DNA of 33,235 bases from Hyphochytrium catenoides (Eukaryota > Protista > Hyphochytriomycota): NCBI GenBank assembly GCA_900088475.1, contig FLMG01002787.1, forward strand, positions 1 through 33,235. Direction: 5' to 3'. The position numbers were made by a program, and so were the translations under genes. A model generated the notes under the pieces. The model saw only the letters and a list, made by a program, of their open reading frames with translations, had not been told where the DNA came from and ran no database searches. Shown here one piece after another: positions 9,741-21,200 of the stretch. Every line of letters begins with the position of its first letter. Position 1 is the stretch's first letter.

Positions 9741-12700
9741 GTAGGAGGCAGAACAAAGCTAGGAGTAGACGGTGGGCACGGAAAAGGCAAGCCAGGAAAC
9801 AAAACGAGCTATTGCTGTGCCAGGAACTATACGAAGGAGGCAGGATTCGCTAAACGAGAGGAAAAAAGATCGTGTAAGGAGAAAGATAAACATTTATATG
9901 AAAAAGAGAGAAAGGGAGAGAGAGAAAGAAGAGAGAGAAATAGAGAGAGAGAGAGAAAGAGAGAGAAAAGAGGAAGAGGAAGAAGATGAAGAAGTAATAG
10001 ACTCTCAATCTTTCGGCCCTTACCTGCTCATAGATCTGCTGCTCTACCTTGAAGATGTGCTGGTTAAAGTGCTGCTGGAGCTTCTCATTGGTGAAGTTGA
10101 TGCAGAGCTGCTCAAAGCTGTTCACCGCGAACTTCTCAAAGCCAAAGATATCGAGGACGGCGATAAAGGAGCGGACCGAAGAAGAAGAAGACTCAATGGA
10201 GCTGTTGATCCTCTTCACGAGAGAGGAGAATAGAGTGCCATAGATGGCCTTAGCAAGGGAATCCCTTGTCGTGACTGCCTTCTCAGGCGAGAGCTTGGTA
10301 ATGATCGCCTCATTCCTGGTCGTTATCTTCTTCGTACAGAGCGCGGTATAAAGATCTTCCGTCGAGATCTGTCGAGGAGATGAGAGGCGATAGCAGGTCA
10401 GAATGGCAAGTGAGCAAGAAGAGAAAGCAGAGCCTTGCACAGCTCGTAAGAGAGATATAGAGAAACTTGCAAGATCGATTTTGCCAGCATTGTCGTTGCC
10501 TCGCCCACCTGGAGAAGAAGAGAGACCGTAGAGTAGGAGAGAGAGGAGTCTGGATCCAGCAAAGCCTCATTCTCTGCTGTTCCTGAGCCAATAAACTTGA
10601 TGTTGCCTAAGTGAAGCAGGGCTGAGAGCAGGAGAAAGATGCTTTCTGCCTCCTCTTGAGAGAGGCCAGTCTGTCTCATTGCTTGCAGCGTCTCATGGAA
10701 TGTTTCGGCGTCCTGCTGAGACGTGACCTTGTGACTGGTCCCTTGACTGAGATACGCAAAGTCTGAAAGGGAGAGCAAAGTGAGAGGCTACTAGGGGTTG
10801 GGGAAGAGAGAGAGAGACAGAAAGAGAGACGCAGAGAGAGAGAGAGGCAGAGAGAGAGAGGCACGAGCGAGCGAGAAGGAGAGAGGCAGAGAGGCAGGTA
10901 TGCTTCTCTCTTCCGTGATTTTAGGGACAATGGACATCGAGGGCGGGAAACGAAAGAATATACAGCGAGAGAGAGAGACGAGGGTTGAAGAAGATTTGGT
11001 TTCTCCTCACCTGCGGCAGCACCGATCTTCCACTTCTCTCTCCTTTCCTGATCCAGGCCAGCGCAGAGCTGGTAGAAGATGTGGAAGTTTCTCTCCTCAG
11101 GTGCATGGAAGACTAGTCGAACCTTTCAAAGGACGTTCGTGAAAAGACAATGGTCAGGGAGTTGACAGTTAAAGCATCGAAGACCTTTTTGGCATTGTCT
11201 CTTGTCCCTGTCTCTCCTTCTCTCTTTGTCTCTCGCTCTGCTTCTGTCTCTCTGCCCACGCCTTCCTTTTGCGTCCGTCTCTCTCATCTTAGCCAGCACG
11301 ATGCTCTCTCCTTCGTGTTCCCCTTGTCTCTCTCTCTTCTCTCTTTTCTCCTCTCTCTTTCTCGTGCTTCTGTCTCTCTCAGCTCCGCAGCACCCTCTTC
11401 CTTGCACTTTGTATCTCTCATCTGAGCCAACACGACGCTCTCTCCTTCGAGTCTCCTTTCTCTCCTCTTTCGCCTCACCTTCTCCAGTAAGTAAGTCTTA
11501 ATGTTCGCCCCGATGAGCCCTCCGCGGCGGTCAAAGTTGAGCTCGATGAACTTTCCAAATCTGCTGCTGTTGTCGTTGCGGATGGTCACCGCATTGCCAA
11601 AGGCCTCCAAGATCCTGTTCGACTCTAAGATCTTATCGGTGATAGAGTCTCCAGGGAGGGGAGAGACAGCTGAAGCCGGGGAGAGAGAAAGAGACGCGGC
11701 AGAGAGAGGAGAGCCCACAGTGGCGAGATACTTCATGACAAACTTAGTCGTCTCTGTCTTCCCAGCACCAGATTCCCCGCTGACGAGGATAGACTGATTG
11801 CTTCCCGCTGATGAAGTGGATGAGGCAGAAAGAGTGAGAGAAGAAGTTGAAGAAGAGGAAGAGAGAGAGGAAGAAGGACCAGCAGACAGGTTCCTTGCCA
11901 TCATCTGACGGAAAGCGAGGTCTGCGACAGAGAACACATGCGGAGAGAGAGGTCTCACGCCTTCAGAGAGAAGGCCCTGGGAGCGCAATAGCCCGTGGTT
12001 ATAATACATCTCGATCACTCTGTCCGTGTAGAGAGAGAGAGGCTTGAAAGGGTTGACAGCGAGAAGAATGGGCCCCGTGAACGTGTAGATCTTGTCTTCT
12101 GAGAAGCGGACAGACAGAGCAGACAGGATCTCTGGCTCGTTGAGGAGCGGGAGAGAGATGAGGTCGTCCAGCTGTCCTCTCTCTCTCCCGCTTTGATCCC
12201 CATCTCGGAGCTTGAGGTCCTACAAGGTAAGAGAGATCAGAGCCGTGAGATAGAGAGAAGAAAAGGCCTGAAGATGACAGACAGAAAGATCTACTTTCCT
12301 GAGGAAGGGAGAGCGTATAGAATCAATGAGAGAGAGAGAGAGGGCGAGAGAGACATACAAAGATGAAGTGCGACGGCTTCCTCAAACCTAACGTGGACGG
12401 ATGTCACAGAGAGAGAGAGAGAGAGTTCGACGCATTGCCGCACAAGGATCACATATAGAGAAAAGACGTGGGAGCTAGAGAAAGACAGAGAGAGAAAGAG
12501 AGAGAGTAAACGCCTGATCCAAAGTTCTAGAGAGAAGTATCAAGACAGAGCTACGGCGCGATCCTCCATTAACGGCTCCTACCTCGGTTTCTGAACAGGA
12601 GCAGGAAATGAGGAACTCTCTTTCCTGCGACGAGGAAGAGTCCAAGAGAGAGACAACCACAAGCAGTTTCCCTTCTTCCCCATCCTTTGCCGCCAGGACC

Positions 12701-12777
12701 TTCTTGTCCTTCACAACGCCCTTAGACCAGTCATCCGTCACAGGAGACCGGACCCAGACGGCCGTCCCGAGCTCCAT
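4506..12777 (-). CDS. Unconventional myosin heavy chain (~1,600 aa): SH3-like N-terminus, motor domain, 6 IQ motifs, coiled coil, PH-like domain, C-terminal coiled coil
   Basis: Exons approx. 12777-12583, 12219-11479, 11122-11011, 10762-10509, 10368-10024, 9463-9226, 8745-8439, 7888-7415, 7004-~6399 and 6011-4506. Motifs: [16 protein letters not shown]-loop [10 protein letters not shown], switch [21 protein letters not shown], switch [57 protein letters not shown], followed by IQ repeats. All junction phases are consistent except the last one, which spans an N gap. Confidence 0.96.
6243..6265. other. Assembly gap (N run) within the myosin gene
   Basis: N bases next to a CT tract. Confidence 0.99.
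7047..7103. other. Assembly gap (N run) in a myosin intron
   Basis: N bases flanked by AG repeats. Confidence 0.99.
9560..9741. repeat. Compound (AG)n/(AGAGAC)n microsatellite of ~180 bp in a myosin intron
   Basis: Read directly from the sequence. Confidence 0.95.
11281..11449. repeat. 35-bp direct repeat pair in myosin intron 2
   Basis: 11281-11315 CTCTCATCTTAGCCAGCACGATGCTCTCTCCTTCG versus 11415-11449 CTCTCATCTGAGCCAACACGACGCTCTCTCCTTCG (3 mismatches). Confidence 0.9.
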
Positions 12778-12849
12778 AGCGAACCAGAATAGGAAGTGAC
12801 AGAAGATTAACAATGAGAAAGAGCAAGCGCTCTCTTTCCTTCAGGAGAG

Positions 12850-13185
12850 AGTCTCGGCACCTCACCCAGAGACGCTCATTAGACGACGAGGTGCGGCTGG
12901 TAGCTTCCGAAAGCTTGAAAGAGAGACTGCGCTTGAGTCTCTTCGTGGCTCTCTCTCTTTCTATTAGTGACGTCTCCTAGAAAGAGAGAGACGAGAAGTT
13001 AAGGTTGAAGGGTTCTTCTTTGTGTGGACGCTTCGATCGCAGCGCGGAAAGGCGCGACCGGACAGCGGAAGTGTAGCTACGGCCAGGAAAGGTCAAGTGA
13101 TGGGCAATCGAGATGGGGCCGAAGTGGGAAGTGAGGAGGAGAAAGAGAGGATTGCGGTTCGGGGGAAAGTTTATCCACTCACCGG
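12850..13185. promoter_or_regulatory. Putative bidirectional promoter between the myosin (-) and the uncharacterised gene (+)
   Basis: Divergent gene orientation and a switch from AG-rich to CT-rich plus strand. A donor-like ACCG|GTATCT at 13185 opens a CT-rich, intron-like tract. Confidence 0.4.
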
Positions 13186-13187
13186 TA

Positions 13188-13626
13188 TCTCTCTCTCTCT
13201 CACACACATACTCTCTCTCTCTCTCTTCTCCTCTATCTCACTCTTTCTCTCTGCTTCTCTCTGTCTTTTCCCTCCTCCTCTTTCCTATCAGCAGCCTTCC
13301 TTCCTCGTTGCCACTATCGAACCATCAGCTCTTCTTAGGCTCTCATTGCTTCCTTCCTTCCGGCTGTTGCCCTTCCCTTCCTCTTACCCTTCCGGGTATC
13401 TCCATTTTCTCCTACCTTAACTCTCTTCTTCTCTTTCTTCTCTCTCCCCTCTCTTTCCTCTCTTCTCTCCCTTCTCTCTCTATTTCTCTGCTCTCTCTCT
13501 CTCTCTCTTCTCTCTCTTTCCCTCCCTCTCTCTTCGGTCTCTCTCGCTCGCTCTGCTCTCTCTCTGCTTTTTTTCCCTTTCTCTCTCACTATCTTTTCTC
13601 TCTCATCTCCCTCTCCTCCCTCTCTC

Positions 13627-13673
<47 letters not shown>

Positions 13674-13705
13674 TCTCTCTTTCTGTCTACTCCTTTTCTC
13701 TTTTT
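13188..13705. repeat. ~500-bp degenerate (CT)n polypyrimidine region, probably a 5' intron of the downstream + strand gene
   Basis: The repeat is read directly. The intron interpretation is inferred from the polarity seen in confirmed introns. Confidence 0.85.
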
Positions 13706-14171
13706 TGATGGTTTTATTACAACCACCTTCCCATTGGGCGTTACAAACAACATTTCGAACCTCCCCCAGGAGACCCACAGCCACGAAAACCTTTCCTCAA
13801 TGTCCGAAATTGGCTGGTGGAGTCTTCTATGAAAAACAGCCCTTTCCCTATATAATAGTCAAGGATACTTTCGGTAGTCAGCCTTCCTTTCGGGTCCTGA
13901 AAGCCGCTGACGGACAGCTCAAATTTGAAATCAAATTTCGCGATTTTCTCACTTTTTGCCCTTCCCCCAGATTTTCATCTGAGGCTCAATCTTCAGAAAT
14001 CTCCCCGCAGCGCATGTTGAGCTTTGGATAGCGCTTACTGTCACTCTGGCGCTGAAACTAGTGAAGGAAAGAAGTCTTGAGGTTCCCCCGCTTAGTACCG
14101 AAGTCAACAGTGGTGCTAAGCGCGTCTGCTTGCCCAAGAACGCTCGCCTTGTAGACAAGCTGATTAGTGAG

Positions 14172-17100
14172 ATGACGGCCGGCAATGAGACGCAAGATGA
14201 CGTGTCGCTCTCAACTGTGCTGCGCAATCCTGCTATACGGCCGTTCTTCAAGCGGTATTCATCGAGCGATGAGCATTTACAGAGAGCAGTTCAGGTAACT
14301 GTCGCCCCAAGGGAGGTTATCTCCTTGAGTCCGCCTCATCCTCAGTACCAATGAGACGTTCCTCACAATATTCTCGCTTCAGGCAATACTCCTTTATGGC
14401 ATCGAGTGCCTAAGACGTAACAACAGGGTTGAGGCTTTGTCGATAGATGACTTGGAGGAAGTAGTAGGTAGGAGAACTTCGGCTAACCCCGTCTATCAGT
14501 GTCATGCTCAAATATTACCTTCTCGACCGACCGCAGCGGAGATGAGTCCAAGCTATCGTCAGCTCTACAGAACCAAGACGTACGTCCCTCCCATCATCGT
14601 GCACTTTCATACGCTAACTTATTCTGTTGCTCCATTCTCCTCTGCCATGAACTCAACCTACCTCCTGGCTCCTTTCCCCTATCATTGGATGGCTTCTTTT
14701 TTCTACCACTCCCGCTATGGCTGGGAGGGTAGTGTACAGGTACAATGCCTCTATCACACTGCCATTATACACATTATGAGACCTCGAGCTTCCGTATCGC
14801 TCGACCTATTAGCGTCTTATCTGCCACTGCGGCGATCCTCTAATTCAATACTCACGTCACTGACTCTACTCGTGTTCGAGGGCAGAGGAATCGACGCCCA
14901 GTTCCTGGAAAGACCTGCAAAAAGCCTCCGTCACAGTGGAGGCAGGGAGAGGGAGAGAGGGACGTCCCAGTTGCAGAGCTGAATTCAAAGGGAAGCTGGA
15001 GAGGTGCAGAGGACAGCTTCCAACCTCTTTCTTCGGACCATGAGGCAGAGAGAAGGCATGCTGCCTTAGTGGAGTTGCAGAAGCAAGCCTTGTACTCAGG
15101 TATGGCCAGATTAAGGGGGAAAAGAGGATTGGATAGGGAGGCGAAACACGACAGCAAAGAAGATTAGTAGGCAGACGAGCTGTGGACGCACCTCTGGAAA
15201 GAACGAAGATTCCGGGCAGGTCCTCACGAACGAAAGAGGCAAAAGGAGAGATGGAGGTTACGCAGAGAGAGGAGAGAGACATAGCTAGGCACGTAGGGAA
15301 GGTACAGACCGAGTAGGTGAAGAGTAGCTTGGAGCAATTCATAGAATAATATGGAGGATGAAAGCTTGAGCCGGGCCAGAGGCGCAATGAGCAAAGCTGA
15401 TAGAGAAGGCGAGAGGTTAGAAAGAGTTAGTAGACGGGTACCGAAGGGAATTCGAGGTTGACTGGAAGTTGGACGTTGGTCAGCATTCTTCTCCTCTGCA
15501 TCCCGGTGCTTCTGTAGACGTCGGAACTCTCGCCAAAGAGCTGGAGGGGCCCGCCTTCATCTTAAGCGCTGCAAGCGCCTTTCTTGAGCTCTCTAAAGAC
15601 CTGCGGCGCGTGCCTTCTAACAGGGTACCACTGGCCTTAAAGATGATGGAATGGTAAGATTGGTCGACTGGTAGAGGAGAGATAAGACTGGAAGAATAGA
15701 GACCGTAGGGTACCATCAGGGGTGATCAGAGGTCTGGTGCAGCGATAGAAGTGATCAGAGGTCTGGTGTAGCGATACAAGGCAAGCCTTGAGTAACAGAC
15801 CCGCTGGGGTCCATGCCTTTCTATGAGCAAACGCAGCGGATGTCAGTCACGGAGGATAGGACCGGACTGTTAGATCAAAGCATCGCCGCTTCGGTAGAAT
15901 CAGGAGGATGGAATTGTGTCTGCTTCAATACGGGAGCGGACTCTTTTGTCCTTAGAGCGTAGATGCTGACGTCTTCCTCTGCGACTCTTGGCCCTTACAG
16001 CTCCGACCTCGCTACCGTTGTCTCTTCAGTGGACGACCCACAGGACTTTGTCACCTTTCTTCGAGGTTGCCTGTTAGCACGCCATCGACAGGTATGGAAA
16101 CATCCTCTTCCTTCTTCAGTGCAATGCTGAGCTTCGTCCTTTCTAATATATCCGCTTACTTGGTCCACGTCTGTCCTACTTAGTGTCTTGTCTGACTGCA
16201 TTGTTGGAGTGTCTTAAGGCGAGATAGACTGACCAGCATCCCTTTGTTCTAAATGCATTCTTCACCAATGTCATCGAAATGTTTCCTGGACGCTGCTGCG
16301 TGACTTGTCTCTATTCAGCGCGGTGCAGGCAAGCAACAGGGCGAGGGAGCTGGTGATGCACAATCCGGAAGACCCCCAGCCACTCAACAAATGAGGTATA
16401 TACTCTTTCACGCTTNNNNNNNNNNNNNNNNNNNNNNNNNNNNNNNNNNNNNNNNNNNNNNNNNNNNNNNNNCTACCTTCCTCTTAGCATACCACAGCTA
16501 TTCATTTTCTAACTTCCTCTTTTATCTCCTGTAGAGTGCCTTCTTCGTCCAACGCACCCCACTCTCCTGAGATTAGCACACGCCAGAGCCCTGCAGTTCC
16601 TTCGGTATCGTCTGCTTCCGCTGTGATTGGACGACGGGAGAGAATATCTCCTCCTCAACAACTCCAGATGAAGCCTAAGAGCAAGCCAGTAGCGCACGAG
16701 AAGAATTTGCAATCCAAGCCCGCCGTTCCTCGATATCTACAACGCGTGGAGTCCAAGATCAAGGGTGATCTTCGGCAAAGAAGAAAAGACCTAAAAGACG
16801 AAGAGGCGGAACGAACAACGGCCCTAAAGTCCTTCATAGCGAGGAAGAGGTTGGAGGAGCTTGAGAAGAGACAGAGAAGTCGAGAAGACACACCACATCT
16901 ACCTGAAGTCGGCAGCCACTTAGGTTTGTCTCTATCTCTTTTATGCCTTTTACCGCATTTCAGCTACTTTGCAGCGTCCATTCACCACATTTGAGATCCT
17001 TTGACACAGCGTCCTTCTTGCCCCTTGAAATGGGTCAAGCTGCTGGCTTTTGGTCTCTTTCGTTGATGCTTTGTTTTGTGTCTATCCACCTGCATGGTGG

Positions 17101-17907
17101 CTCCGTCTCGTTCTTAACCCTACAACTGCGGTGTATGCGGCAGGTCTATCCGCCCGAGAGATTGCGGAGGCTTTCCTGCGTAGCCCTCTCATGCAGGACC
17201 TGGGCGACGATAGTGACATGACGAGAAGAGGAGACAGAGAAGCCACATCGCATGAAAGGGAGGGGATGGACTTTCGCAGGTGGGGTCTAACAATCTCTGT
17301 CTGTCTGCTGCGAGCTATAAGCTGTGCATAGGAAACGGTCACACATCTGTCGCTACCCTCAAGTATTGCCAACTCTGTTCGACCGTCATCAACCTTGCAC
17401 ACGTAAACTAAGGGAAATGAAAAGCACTCACAGAGTCGTTCTTATCGTTTTTGTTAGGACGTATCCTTCAGAAGGGATGGATGAAATGGAAGACGACGGG
17501 ACATCAAGGGCCGCAAGGAGACGTAAGCCTGCCATCTCAAGCGCCATATGCTCGCAATAGAGATGTTCAACCTCTGACCTATTTCTTCCCGTTTAGGCTA
17601 TGCTGACTGGATTGGAGACTTCGGCCCTGAGCACACCCGGCTTGTGCAACGGAAGCCAGAGGATCCGAACGAAGGTTCTGATGTCCTCAACTTTGAGTGG
17701 CTTATACCCTCTATCTAGCTATCTTCTTTTGTTCCTGCTCCCTTAGTAGTCTAACGCATCTACAATCTCCCTTCGGATAATGTCACCCTGGAGAGGTTTT
17801 CCCGTTTCCTTTTCCTGTACAAGTTGAGTTGCCTACTTAATCGCTCTTTGGCCACAGCTCCAAGCTCACCATCGTCGGATCAGGAGTCAATAGAAGGATG
17901 GAGGTGA
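14172..17907 (+). CDS. Uncharacterised multi-exon protein (start codon and middle exons uncertain)
   Basis: Phase-compatible GT-AG exons: 14172-14294 (MTAGNETQDDVSLSTVLRNPAIRPFFKRYSSSDEHLQRAVQ), 14383-14467 (AILLYGIECLRRNNRVEALSIDDLEEVV), 14537-14579, ~14885-15099 (KPPSQWRQGE), ~16001-16091, 16319-16395, 16535-~16920 (VPRYLQRVESKIK), ~17143-17279 (AREIAEAFLRSPLM), ~17458-17522, ~17597-17674 (YADWIGDFGPEH), and a final exon ending in TGA at 17905-17907. Confidence 0.65.
15722..15779. repeat. 29-bp tandem duplication
   Basis: GTGATCAGAGGTCTGGTGCAGCGATAGAA is followed directly by GTGATCAGAGGTCTGGTGTAGCGATACAA (2 mismatches). Confidence 0.92.
16416..16472. other. Assembly gap (N run) in an intron
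   Basis: N bases. The flanking exons remain phase compatible. Confidence 0.99.
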
Positions 17908-18206
17908 ACTAGAACTTAACACTTTTGCAGGCATTACTCTCTTACTTCTTACGGTCCCTCCTCGCGCATGCGATTAAAGCAGATACTTGCGGATAAAATG
18001 TGCTCTGTCTTTCTCGTTTCTTGATCTTGACTATATCTCTCTTGCTTTTGCCACACGCGCTATCCACTTTTCCCTATTCGTCTAAGACGTCTTATTCTTG
18101 GCCTTTCAATCATCTTTTCTCAACCTTTCTTGAGCCGTCGCTAAGATTAGACCCATTGTCTTTACTCATGCAGGCGGGGCGACATCAACGAGCTGAAGGA
18201 TATACT

Positions 18207-21200
18207 TCATAGAGTTAGCAAGCCGGTGCAGGAGGAGGAGGAGGTTGACATAGACTCGTGGTCCTCTTCGTCGTCCAGTTGGATCACAACAGATCCTTCG
18301 CCATGAGCTAGTTTCTTCTCTTCTCTCCTCCTCTCGGGAGCGTCAACCGCCTAACTGTTGTCTAATAAACCTATGTACATACAATATGTTACAACCAAGC
18401 AGACGTCCATCCCACCAGGAATGACGATAAGGTGGGGTTGACTGTACGCAAGCCTCGCGCTGGCGTCTCCTTCCCTTTTTCTATGCCTTAAGGCCACTGA
18501 GAAGGTTTCCATACGTAGCGGGGCGTTCAGCTCTCGTGGCCTGTATGAAAAGACGATGTCAAGCAGGTTCTCCAAAGAACGGACCAAAGGCTCTTACGCG
18601 AAGCAGAAGAGAAATAGAAAGCCACATGAGCCAGAAGTGCAATGAGTGAGACATTGTGCACCTACCTCAGCGAGAGGAGAGACTGGTAGAAGCGTGGCAT
18701 CACTATCTTGGCAAAGCTGGACCTCAGCGGTCAGGTCTTTCGCTCCCTGTTCAGTTCCTTTAGCCATGTCTCTTCCTTGAGTCTTTTCCTTTGGTAGCGA
18801 TAATGGGGATACTGCGGCAGACTGCCTCTCTTCTCTCCCGTTCCCCTCTGAGGGCACGAAGCACCAGCTCGTTTCACTGTCAGAACTTGAAGACGCAGAG
18901 GAGCTTGCCCTAACTATAGTAGGAAAAGCCTCCCTGGTGCTGTTCGATGGTCTTGGCCCTTTCATGGGGCTCTCCATTCGTTGGTCAGCGTCAAGTTTGT
19001 CACTCTCGTTCTCATCCTCTGTCTCTTCATGGAAACCCCGCTGTTGGGCGCGTTCTAGATACTTCTTTTGGATCAACGCCAGCTGATGAAGACACGAGAG
19101 AGACAGAGAAGGCAACCATATAGAAAGGTTAGAGAGCTGAAGAACGGCCACTATGAAGGAGAACAAGAGAGAGAGAGAGGGAAAATAGGGCCCGATGGCT
19201 CCATCCGGATTGCAAGGGATCAGAAAGAGGCTCACATCGACGTGAGCAGATGTTAAAGGATGTCCAAGGCATTGGGACAACTAACCTCTTCATCACTTTC
19301 ATCCTCTTCCTCTCCAGAGGACAAAGACGATAGAGCCCTAATTCTTGGGATATCCGACATTGAAGGCTTGGCTTCTGGTCCGGAGGGAGTAGGAGCTGAA
19401 GCTACCTCTACTGAAGAAGTGGGAGAGCGGCTTGGAGCAGAGAGCAAAGTCGGATTAATGCTTCTCTTGTCTTTATCCTTGGCTCTTCTCAGTTTCTTTG
19501 CAGTCTCAAGTGATTGCCTGTTGCTCATGGCTGATACTGAGGTTGCGGGCCGTTCTCCTGTCAAACCGGGAGAGAGAGAAGAGGATGCTTCCCCCTGAGG
19601 CTCCGTTCCAGCTTCAGTAGGGCTAGAAGTGCTAGACATCGCCCGCGGAGAGGCCGTCGGCCTTTCATTAGCTTTTTGGACTTCACTTTTTGTCTTTCTC
19701 TTCTCTTCTGGGGAAGTAAGAGAGGAGAGGAGCGGTGACGTGGAGATGCTCTTTGCCAGGGTTTGCTTCTCTCCCTTTGGCCCAGGCAAGAAGCTTGTAT
19801 TGGTCCCTACAGTCGCCCTCGGCGCACTAGAGGAGAGCGCAACGGCAGTTCGACTTCGGGAAGTTGGTTCCAGGGCTACAAGGGGTTCAAACGGAGGAGT
19901 CAAAGAGTCAGTGGCCCGTCCAAACATAACTAAGGAAGTTCCACAGAACAATCGGGAAGAGATAGAAGTCATAGGGTGTTGTCCAGGAAGAGAGACATAC
20001 AGAAGAATAAGAAAGACAGATGACGAACTAGGAGCAGGATGGACAGCGATAAGAGGGAGAAAGAGGATGAGTGAGAGAGGGACACTGAGAGAGTTTAAAG
20101 AACGCAAAAAGCAGAAGGAAAAGGTGTGATAGTGGAAGCAACCCATGGGAAAAAGAGAGACAGAAAGTAGTCGCTAAAGAAGACCGAAAGAGGGAGGAGA
20201 AAGCAAAAGGACAGCTATGGAAATGATAGGCAAACGACTCCGGCAAGAGGAGCGACACTGCGGCAAGCTGCTTGCCAGGGCGAAAGAAATAGGTAAGATC
20301 TTACTGACGGGAAGGGCGGGAAACGTACCATTGACGTCTATGCCATGCTTGGTGATGAGCAAATGGAGCTCAGTTAGCTGTCTCTGAATAGAGAGGATCT
20401 GCTCCTGCTGCTGAGCTATTATTTCGTGGTACCGAGGAGCGTCATCCATCCCTTTCTCCCTCTGTCTTCCACTCGTCGGCGCTTGTCGTGTTAATTCTTC
20501 CATCTCTTTATGCTTTCTCCAGCTCATCTCTCTCTTGCTCTGTGGAAATGATGGGGAAAACACCCCTTGAGATATTTTTGACGCGACCTTGCGATGACTC
20601 TCCCTTCTGGGACTAAATGTAAGTCCTTGTTTGTCTGGTGGCGTTTGTTGGAAATCAGGCTTTCGTCTGAATTGCTCTTGTCTTTCTAGAGCGAGAGGGA
20701 GATCCGGCTGTGTCTGGTCCTCTACCTCATCCGCTGTCAGCAATTGACCGTCTTCTCGTTCAAATGTCCGCCTTTCTGCAATGTCTCGCTCACTTACTGC
20801 TATTCTCGTTGAAGGGATAACACCATCAGGAGCAGACAGATCGCAGTAGAAGGAGCTCTCCTCCTCCTTTCCCTTAACCAAGTTGACGGTGCGGCGGTGT
20901 TTAAAGGTCCTGATCGGGATCTCTTCTCCTTGTAAAGGCAAGGTTAACCTCAAGTCTCCCTTCTCGGTGGTCTCTGTCTTTTCTTCTCTCCCACTGCCAG
21001 GTCCAACTCTGTAGGAGCACTCATAGAAAAAAGGATCATCGGCGATGCCGGTTCGCCGAGAGTTTATCTTCGGGTAGATAACTACCAGGAATGTGTTATC
21101 CTCTACAAAGACTCTCTCTGTTATGGAAGAGAGAAGAGCCAAGCGTAAGAAAGAAGAGAGGACCAGCGGATGGCCAACTCCTCGCTCTGTCTCGGCCTCG

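Noticed and set aside
394-13832. Numerous ORFs rich in SLSLSL or RERERE in the supplied track
   Set aside because: They are translations of (CT)n/(AG)n microsatellites, which lack stop codons, or antisense shadows of real exons.
11281-15779. 35-bp and 29-bp repeats as CRISPR-like arrays
   Set aside because: Only two copies each, intronic, in a eukaryotic context, with no spacer series or cas genes.
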